From contig OY760937.1 in assembly GCA_963664225.1 (NCBI GenBank), positions 2,432,001 to 2,496,000 of the forward strand: 64,000 nt of DNA. The letters are read 5' to 3'. The position numbers and the translations under genes were made by a program. This DNA is from Verrucomicrobiia bacterium (GTDB lineage: Bacteria; Verrucomicrobiota; Verrucomicrobiia; Limisphaerales; UBA1319). The notes below the pieces were generated by a model. It saw only the letters and a list, made by a program, of their open reading frames with translations, did no database searches and was not told the DNA's origin. Below, one piece after another: positions 57,801 to 64,000 of this stretch. Positions within the stretch are counted from its first letter, which is position 1, and the number at the start of each line of letters is the position of its first letter.

Positions 57801-58574
57801 TTGCGCGACCGCATGATTCTGCGCCATCAGAACATCCTGCCAGGATTGCGCCCAATCAGGAAACTCGCGTTCCAGCCATTGCACCCATTGATGCGGATGC
57901 TCCTGGGCGAACAAGTTTAGCTGCGCCTCCAGCCAGCGGGCCGGATCCGGCAGGGATTGCCCATAACGATGCAGGCGCCGAACCAGCGCGCGCAGCGGCT
58001 CGTCGTCCCCGCCGTATTCATTGGCAATAAACTCGCGCACCGCGAGTGCCAGCGGAGTGTCCCCTGCGTATTGCTCCGCGATCACATCATCGAGCGTGTC
58101 GTTGAAAAGAATGGCGGCCTGGCCTTCAGGCAACACGGCGGATTTGGGGTCCAGACCGAGCAGAAAGAAATTCTCGCGGACCAGTCGCAGACAAAAACTA
58201 TCCAGAGTGGAAATGCAAGCAGCATCCAGGAAGGCCAGTTGCTCGGCGAGATGCTCGTCCTCGGGACGCTCCAGCACCAGTTTTTCGAGACCCTCCCGCA
58301 ACCGCTTGCGCAACTCCGCCGCCGCGGCATCCGTGAACGTGACCACGAGCATGCGCTCGATGCTCACCGGATTTTCGCGGCGGCTGATGGATTCCAGGCA
58401 CCGCGCGATCAGGGTATGCGTCTTGCCCGTGCCCGCCCCGGCGGCGACCAGCACGCGACCCTGCGCGAAGACGGCCTCCTCCTGCGCCGTGCGGACGGGA
58501 TTGGAATGAACGCTCTGATTGGTCACAAAAAGTGGATTTCTGATCACGGTAGAAATCCCGAGACTTTCAGCCAT
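54855..58574 (-). CDS. addA: ATP-dependent helicase/nuclease subunit A (AddA/RecB-like)
   Basis: AAGAGTGKT, TFTDAAA, VDEYQD, VGDVKQSIYRFR, ENFRS, HRSKGLEF, LYVAMTRA, nuclease GVID...LDYKT...QLRLY. The real start may be GTG 58526. Confidence 0.9.
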   Translation of the reverse strand: MAESLGISTVIRNPLFVTNQSVHSNPVRTAQEEAVFAQGRVLVAAGAGTGKTHTLIARCLESISRRENPVSIERMLVVTFTDAAAAELRKRLREGLEKLVLERPEDEHLAEQLAFLDAACISTLDSFCLRLVRENFFLLGLDPKSAVLPEGQAAILFNDTLDDVIAEQYAGDTPLALAVREFIANEYGGDDEPLRALVRRLHRYGQSLPDPARWLEAQLNLFAQEHPHQWVQWLEREFPDWAQSWQDVLMAQNHAVAQTCSTLLRRAINQPVRANIAARLQAICELAASTSFRGKQAPPKTVKALFEEARFLFSAIGIPDAAGTEDSLARDWQSARASMRTVLELTRLFGERFATVKRQQAALDFADIEQFALRVLCEPRTDQPAAAALEWRRRLDLVFVDEYQDINAAQDAIIRMLSREGAEGNLFLVGDVKQSIYRFRRAAPHIFQNYYRQWQSNTNSTLERVIPLSENFRSHESVLGCVNAVFRDLMRARIGGVTFDADAELRFGNRAERPHFAAPPASDAPQPRVELCLRWTSKEDTGADAEDDPLAGLKDLEKEARFTALHLRRLHDEKFQVWSRGEKRFKDFEWRDAVVLLRSIRSQTDSYARTFESLGIPLECQREGFFGSAEVADLLHMLELLDNPLQDLPLLAVLRSPLAGFNLNELAEVRIAMRNGLIWTALQKFHREGSDPSPSSAVSEWRKSAWTKADRFLRACTRWRKLARQEALSRCLETILDDTDYEAWLAGQSRGAQRLGNVQRLLDLTREFDQFQRQGLFRFLSHVEAQQEAEQDAKSAGAPMENAVRLISVHRSKGLEFPVVVMAGLGQRFNKRDTAERNILDEEYGLCPRIKPPGGKRHYASLMHWLAGRRQNLDTLGEEMRLLYVAMTRACDRLTLVGTVPQSKLEDDDWIVPCEGVALERQIAAAGSYLDWIGPWMFRRGFALDQNGSNALLSWRSWSDADLASALPAAASPTGATPLPAHPHALHDWRAIDSRIFQPYPHAVATQEPAKASVSALRKRLLDDSADEAQSYYRVESTAFLPPPSAGASKSELTGAEKGTAHHAFLQWVDFKETASPEALNAQADKLQEAGVFSKPERESLNLEALWRFWKSEIGATIRENAECVRRELPFTARFTIAELAEAGLPLPIDGVSAQPMLDTEFVVVQGVIDLAIIRPDEIWLLDYKTDRVSADGVDAKTESYLPQLRLYAEALTRIYKLPVTRAWLYFLTPGIARLVELS

Positions 58575-59419
58575 GTGGCAAAGAGTTCAATCCAATGATC
58601 CGAGGGGAGGTTCTGCGTGCGCATTCCGAAGCCGTGCCCGCCTTTGGAGAGAAGATGCAGTTCCGCGGATTTCTTCGCCCTGGTCCAATCGTTGTAGAGA
58701 TTCACACTGTGGGGTGCCAGGCCCAACGGATCGTCTGTCGCCGCGAGGATAAACATGGCCGGGGCGTCGGCGGGCACCTCTTTCTTGATGGTCCATTCGT
58801 ATTGGAGATAGATGGGGGCGGCAAAATTCGGGCGTGAGTCGGTCGTGTAATTGTAGGCCGCAGACGCAGCGACGGTGCCGCCCGCAGAGAAACCAATGAT
58901 GCCGATGCGCTCGGGATTCACGCCATAATCGGAGGCGTGGTGTCGAACATAACCAATGGCAGCCTGGGCATCCGCAAGGGCAAGCTTGATCACCGGAGGC
59001 ACAATGCTATCCAGCTTGTCCCCCACGCTCATGATCTCCATGGTCGGGTCCTCCGTTTTGCATTCGACCAGTCGGTATTTGAGAATGAAACAAGTCACTC
59101 CTTTGCCATTGAGCCAGCGGGCCACATCCATGCCTTCGCTGTCGATGGAGAGGGCGTAAAATCCCCCACCCGGGCAGATCACGATGGCGGTGCCGTTGGC
59201 CTTGCCGGGCTCGGGGGCCATGACGGTCAATGTGGGTTTTGCGACGTTATACACAACGCGCGTGTTCCATAAGTTCTTGTTGTTTTCGGCTTCGTGTTGC
59301 TTCCAATTCTCCGATCCGGGGGCCGGACCGTCGTAGAGTGGAATGACTTTTTGTTCAGCGTGAAGGCTCATTGCAAATAGAAGGGCCATGAGAGTGGTTG
59401 CATATTTCATATTATTCAT
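58544..59419 (-). CDS. Secreted alpha/beta hydrolase (carbohydrate esterase-like)
   Basis: Signal peptide; CPGGGF, GFSAGG nucleophile elbow, DDPL and GGHGFG. Confidence 0.88.
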   Translation of the reverse strand: MNNMKYATTLMALLFAMSLHAEQKVIPLYDGPAPGSENWKQHEAENNKNLWNTRVVYNVAKPTLTVMAPEPGKANGTAIVICPGGGFYALSIDSEGMDVARWLNGKGVTCFILKYRLVECKTEDPTMEIMSVGDKLDSIVPPVIKLALADAQAAIGYVRHHASDYGVNPERIGIIGFSAGGTVAASAAYNYTTDSRPNFAAPIYLQYEWTIKKEVPADAPAMFILAATDDPLGLAPHSVNLYNDWTRAKKSAELHLLSKGGHGFGMRTQNLPSDHWIELFATWLKVSGFLP

Positions 59420-59420
59420 A

Positions 59421-59816
59421 TTAAACGGGTTCACCGGATTCCAATTCGTAAAGCATGCGCCAGATCCGGTCGGTCTCACCTCGCTCGATAACCTGCAGGG
59501 GAGTTGAGCCGTCGAACGCGGGATTTGGATCCTTAAGCCACGAACCAATTGCTTCAGCCGCGACGAGACGCTCCAAGGCGGCCAGCAATCTCTTGATTTC
59601 CTTGAGTCGGAGCAGCGTAGAGGCGCTGGGTTTGGATCCCTGTGCCCACTTGGAAACCGCCCGCAGAGAGAACCCGCTCAACCGGGTCAGCATATCCTGC
59701 GAAAGCTGATACCTTGCCGCAACCTCCTTGAGGGAAATCACGCCCGAATCCATCGGCTTTGCCCGCAGGGCGGCATCCACAACGGATTGTTCGGCCAAAA
59801 CACTCGATCTCTTCAT
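59421..59816 (-). CDS. Xre/MbcA/ParS-type antitoxin (HTH plus DUF2384-like domain)
   Basis: HTH LSQDMLTRLSGFSLRAVSKW; WLKDPNPAFDGSTPLQVIERGE. Confidence 0.82.
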   Translation of the reverse strand: MKRSSVLAEQSVVDAALRAKPMDSGVISLKEVAARYQLSQDMLTRLSGFSLRAVSKWAQGSKPSASTLLRLKEIKRLLAALERLVAAEAIGSWLKDPNPAFDGSTPLQVIERGETDRIWRMLYELESGEPV

Positions 59817-59896
59817 AACCAAAGGATACCTCAACTTTTCGCCATTGCAAGCACAAATGCGCGCACTTATGCGTCATCGTTTCTTGATCCAAAATT

Positions 59897-60979
59897 TCAG
59901 ATCCGCCCCCAACTGAAAATGCTTATTCCACAAGACAAACATTCCCAGCCCACCCATTCCTGGGCGAGGCGTTGATTGCGCTCCAGAATTCGCCAGGCTT
60001 CCTCTGCGAGCGGGCCCAGCCAGTCCGCATCCTCGCGACGAATGGGATCGTCCTCGTTGGCCGGTGTGGCATGAGCAGCCTCGGTTAGCAGAGCGCGATA
60101 GGCGTCCAGATACGGTTCCACAGGCGGCAGGCCCAGTCTTTGTGCGGCGCGCGAGGCGCGGGCGGGAATGCGCAAACCGGAGGCATCGAGATCGCCAAAA
60201 TAAAGCACAGGGCGCGGCCCGCCGAGTTCGCGAAAAATCTCCGACAAAAACGGGACGCGGTCCGCGAAACAATTGCCCTGGCCATAAACCACCGCGCCGA
60301 ATTTTGGATGCGAATCATTCCAGCGACGAAACGAATCCCATGTGGCCGCATTCTCAAGCACAAGCAGCGGTCCCTGGCTCGCAGGTCCGCGCTGCCATCC
60401 GAGCGGTTCCGCCACAAAGAAGCAGCGCAGTTGCTCCAGGCTCAGACGTCCTTCGCCAAACAGGGCGGAGTCAGCCAGGGTATCCAGGCGTTTCTCAAAT
60501 CCGAACAATTCCAGGGAACGCTCCTTGATGGGAACACATGGGCGGTTCGATCCCCCGCTCAGGAAAAAAGCGTTGATCTGGCGCAATTCAGTGAAGCTGA
60601 TGTTCAGCCGGGCGTCCCGCACAAATGCCATTTCCGTCACCCAGGAAAACTGGCGAATCTCCAGGGCCTCGATGTCGGGAATGGGATTAAAACCGAACGC
60701 CTCGCGCCATTTCGACTCCGCGTCCAGAGGCACCAGAACGCGTCCAATAAGATGGGGCCTTTGATGCACGGATTTGAGTGCCACCCAGCCGGTGGATTCG
60801 AGTGTGCGGATGTCTCGCTCGGCATCGCCGCGCTCGATGGCGGACAGCAGCCCGGCCTGTTCCAGCAAGTCCTCCCAATCTCGGGAGAAGGGACGCGTGG
60901 CCGCGTCCGCACGCTCACCCCGCGCACGCCTCCATTGCGCGAAGAGTTCGGTGGCGATGGGCGAGCGCGTGGGGTTCAT
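59897..60979 (-). CDS. jetD: Wadjet JetD-like Toprim nuclease
   Basis: IKERSLELFGFEKRLD, LENAATW, YGQG, YFGDLDASG (DxD) and RLAQEW; directly downstream of an SMC-like gene. Confidence 0.8.
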   Translation of the reverse strand: MNPTRSPIATELFAQWRRARGERADAATRPFSRDWEDLLEQAGLLSAIERGDAERDIRTLESTGWVALKSVHQRPHLIGRVLVPLDAESKWREAFGFNPIPDIEALEIRQFSWVTEMAFVRDARLNISFTELRQINAFFLSGGSNRPCVPIKERSLELFGFEKRLDTLADSALFGEGRLSLEQLRCFFVAEPLGWQRGPASQGPLLVLENAATWDSFRRWNDSHPKFGAVVYGQGNCFADRVPFLSEIFRELGGPRPVLYFGDLDASGLRIPARASRAAQRLGLPPVEPYLDAYRALLTEAAHATPANEDDPIRREDADWLGPLAEEAWRILERNQRLAQEWVGWECLSCGISIFSWGRI

Positions 60980-60982
60980 TGG

Positions 60983-63900
60983 CTACGAGAGCACTTCCAG
61001 CGCCTCGGCCATGGTGGTCAGGAGCGGGATGTTGTCGATGCGCGTGACATAGCCCTCGGCATCGCGCTCCACTTCCTTCTGGCACATCACGACGGTTTGC
61101 GCATGAGGCACCATCACGCCCAACCGCTCGGGCGGGAAGGCCATGACCAGTTGCAATTGGAAAACCTTCGCCAGCGCGAGGCAGTCCTCGATGCCGTCGC
61201 CGGAGAGTTTTGAAAAGGCCTCGTCCATCACCACAAGCCCGAGTTGTTGGGCGCGCGTGGAATTACGATCGCCGCGATCATAAACCCGCCGGAACGCCGC
61301 AAGCATCGAGATGAAGAAGGGCGCCTGGTTCTCACCGCCGGAAAGATTGCGTCCGCTGCGGCCCAGCGAAATGGGTGGCGCATCGGGCCGGTCCGCGGGC
61401 ACCATCTCCAAATCGTAGTGATTGTAGTTGCGGTAATCCAGAAGGCGGCGGGCGCGGTCATCGCTCTTGTCGGTGGCATCGACGGCCTTCATCAACTCCT
61501 CTTTTGCACGCTGCACTTCACTTTGATCCACGGCGGCAATCAGCGGATCGGTCGGCTCCAGTCCGGTGTCGAGCAAACGCCAGATGGCGCCGTAGCCCGC
61601 GACATCCCGCCGCTGGCTGATGCGATAACGGTATTTGCCAATGGGCTGGTTCAGATAACGATCCAGCAGGCGAATGGTGTTTTGCGCGTTCGCAATGCGG
61701 CTGTTGAGTTCGTTGAGAACATTCTCTTCGAGCCGTTGCTCCCAGGCGAGCTTGCAGTCGGCGGCGAGTTGACGCGACTTCTCCAGTTCGATGGTTTCGA
61801 GCACACGCAGCCGGTTCGCCCAGGCCTCATTGCTTTCGTCATCGGACGGAAATTCCCGCTGGTATTCCGGATGGCGCAGGTTTCCCAGAGTGTCACGCGC
61901 CGAGGCCAACCGTTCGCGTTCGGCATTGCGCTGGGCGCGCGCGCCAATGGCTTGTTCGCCTGCGGTCTTCGCTTCCGCCTGAACGGCTGCGAAACAATCC
62001 AGCCACCTGAAATAACGGGCACGAAATCGGTCGCGTTCGGCATTCAACTCCGCATCGAGAATTCCAGGGTGACGTCGGCTCAATTCCACACGACCGGCCT
62101 CGGAGTCGAACCGCGCCTTTCGCGCTTCCTCGACGGCGCGCTCGAGCGCTTCGCGCACGGGGCGCGCGGTCAGCTCAAAATTGTTTTTGCGCTCGGTGAG
62201 CACGGCCATTCGCGAGAGCGCCGTCTTATGCTCGGCTTCCAATTGCTTCAAACGGCTCTGGCGGGCCTCCAACTCGGGCGTCATCAGGAGGCGAATGGTT
62301 TCGCAGGCGCGGTTGAGGTTTGATTCAAGCTCCGGCAATTGCGATAACTCACCCGCGCGATCCGGCGGCGTGATGTCGGCCAGCCCGTTCGAGCGGCCGG
62401 AATCGAGCCACGAGCGGACATCGGCCCGACGCTGACTCATGTTTTCGTGCAGCGCGCGCGTCTCATTAAAATCCCGCTGCTTGGCGGCGCGCATGCGTTC
62501 CAGCCCTTCGCGGCCGAGCGTTAATTCCACGTTCGCACCGGCCTTGAGACGCTGGCGCAACGGCGCATCCTTGAACAACCCATCCGGCGTCACCGCGCGC
62601 GCGGCCAGGTTGGATTCCATTTCCGCGGCGGTTTCACAACAGATGACGCCCCCGAGCAGTTGTTCCACAAAAACCCGCGCCAGCGGATGGCTGACCTCCA
62701 CCTTGCTGATCAACGAATTCTCAAGCGCTGTCGTTTGCGACGCGCGAACTTCGGCAGGATTCAACAGCGGCTCGATCTCCCGACCGGGTGCGGTGATGCG
62801 GAGCACTTCGAGGGCCGTGCGATAATCCGTCGTGTCCTTGACCACCAGCGCCCAGCGGTGCGATCCAAGCATGGATTCCAGTACGGGCCACCAGCGTTCG
62901 GCCTCGGGTTTGACTTCGATCAAACGTCCCAATTGCTCGACACGATCCCCCAACTTGGAACGCAGCGCGGTGAACAGGGGGAACGCACCCGGCGCGCGGC
63001 CTCCGGCAAGATGCGCGAGGTCCTCGGTCAATTGCTGAAGCCGGTCCTTCGCCTGTTTGATTTTGTCGTCCAGGGGGCGCATGAGTTCCTGCACGCGATT
63101 CCAGGAATCGTTAAACCACGTCGCCAGCTTGTGCATGGCCTCGAGCCGCTCCGCATCGGTGCCGGAACGCAGTCCCAGCAGCAGCGCATCATTCACCGCC
63201 AGGATTTCATTCAAGCCTTCCAGCGCGAGCCCCGAGCCGTGCCGGAGCCATTGAATCCAGCGTTCGTGGCGTGCGTCCAGTTGCTGGCGCAGGGATTTTT
63301 GCGCCTCCCGAAGAGCCGCCACTTTCGCCTGCAGCTCTGACCTGTCGTTCTCGAGTTTCGCGATCTTGACCGCATCCGGATTCCCGGCAATTTCGAATCG
63401 CACCTCATCGAGCAGACGCCGGGCTGCGGCCTCTTCAGCACCGGCCTTGTCCAGTTGCTCCAGAGCCCCCGCGTGCTCGGTTTCCATGCGCTTCAACTGC
63501 GCGGCACGCTCTTCCTGATCTTCCTGGGCCTGCAGCAGCCGCAGGTTCTTCAAGGTTTGCTGCAGGATTGAATCGGCGCGAAGTGAAGTGGCGTAAAGTT
63601 CATGCTGCGCAACAATCCGGCTCAGAAACGCCGCCTCGTCCTCCTGCTTTTCGAGCCGCAGGCGCGTGTCGTCATAGGCGCGCAACGCCGTGCGCACATC
63701 GCGCACATCCAGCGGGCTTTCCTCGAGAATGAATTCGCGAATGAAGGTCTCCACGTTTTCCTCCGGCTCGAACGCGATGGCCTTGGGGAACGTGCGCATG
63801 AACGCCGCCGTGTCAAAATGCAGATGCCGTGGCGCGGCCATTTCCTCGAGATAATCGCGTTGCCGGGCGAAGAGACTGTCATTGCCATATTCGCGGCGCA

Positions 63901-64000
63901 GCCACGAACGAAACGCCTCCTCCGAGAGCAGGTTCTTCCCATCGGGCGCGAGCATCGCGTATTCGACCCGCTCCGGGATGCAGAAGTAAGTCTGTCGGGC
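60983..64000 (-). CDS. jetC: Wadjet JetC-like SMC ATPase (5' end beyond the window)
   Basis: Frame open to 64000; long coiled coils, hinge-like region, LLDYRNY, LSGGENQ signature and VVMDEAFSKL Walker B. Confidence 0.82.
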   Translation of the reverse strand, partial: ARQTYFCIPERVEYAMLAPDGKNLLSEEAFRSWLRREYGNDSLFARQRDYLEEMAAPRHLHFDTAAFMRTFPKAIAFEPEENVETFIREFILEESPLDVRDVRTALRAYDDTRLRLEKQEDEAAFLSRIVAQHELYATSLRADSILQQTLKNLRLLQAQEDQEERAAQLKRMETEHAGALEQLDKAGAEEAAARRLLDEVRFEIAGNPDAVKIAKLENDRSELQAKVAALREAQKSLRQQLDARHERWIQWLRHGSGLALEGLNEILAVNDALLLGLRSGTDAERLEAMHKLATWFNDSWNRVQELMRPLDDKIKQAKDRLQQLTEDLAHLAGGRAPGAFPLFTALRSKLGDRVEQLGRLIEVKPEAERWWPVLESMLGSHRWALVVKDTTDYRTALEVLRITAPGREIEPLLNPAEVRASQTTALENSLISKVEVSHPLARVFVEQLLGGVICCETAAEMESNLAARAVTPDGLFKDAPLRQRLKAGANVELTLGREGLERMRAAKQRDFNETRALHENMSQRRADVRSWLDSGRSNGLADITPPDRAGELSQLPELESNLNRACETIRLLMTPELEARQSRLKQLEAEHKTALSRMAVLTERKNNFELTARPVREALERAVEEARKARFDSEAGRVELSRRHPGILDAELNAERDRFRARYFRWLDCFAAVQAEAKTAGEQAIGARAQRNAERERLASARDTLGNLRHPEYQREFPSDDESNEAWANRLRVLETIELEKSRQLAADCKLAWEQRLEENVLNELNSRIANAQNTIRLLDRYLNQPIGKYRYRISQRRDVAGYGAIWRLLDTGLEPTDPLIAAVDQSEVQRAKEELMKAVDATDKSDDRARRLLDYRNYNHYDLEMVPADRPDAPPISLGRSGRNLSGGENQAPFFISMLAAFRRVYDRGDRNSTRAQQLGLVVMDEAFSKLSGDGIEDCLALAKVFQLQLVMAFPPERLGVMVPHAQTVVMCQKEVERDAEGYVTRIDNIPLLTTMAEALEVLS

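Noticed and set aside
60140..62323. Plus-strand ORFs of 357 and 359 aa
   Set aside because: Antisense to jetD/jetC.
1..64000. CRISPR array, rRNA or intact IS/prophage
   Set aside because: No regularly spaced direct repeats, rRNA-like tracts, transposase or phage structural genes seen by eye.

Overview
A GC-rich bacterial chromosomal segment, most consistent with Verrucomicrobiota/PVC (inferred from the H-X9-DG prepilin, PEP-CTERM protein, PA14/Ig surface proteins and eukaryotic-type hisA). Housekeeping genes include tRNA-Thr(UGU), yciH/SUI1, yajQ, nuoM-nuoN, moeB, an msbA-like ABC transporter, nrdR, hisA, rpsT, purM and addA. Glycan-use genes include an OPT transporter, a DUF5107-TPR protein, GH16, GH28-like, GH35, a gluconolactonase and an esterase. 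Defence and accessory genes include an AbiE-type TA pair, an orphan Xre/MbcA antitoxin, Wadjet jetC-jetD running off the right edge, an integrase remnant at the tRNA and an AT-rich island. The most interesting signals are: (1) a VTC-domain / DUF4956 / HlyD-like operon divergent from a 1864-aa modular lectin-Ig protein; (2) a shared C-terminal domain ending in an F/Y-x-R-L-like motif on four unrelated secreted proteins, a candidate sorting signal; (3) a nine-CxxCH cytochrome and a temptin-like monoheme domain, both fused to Ig-type stalks and that C-terminal domain; (4) periodic inverted-repeat elements near 53.2 and 54.7 kb. All family calls come from reading motifs by eye; no database searches were run. 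Several start codons were moved downstream of the ORF-track start.
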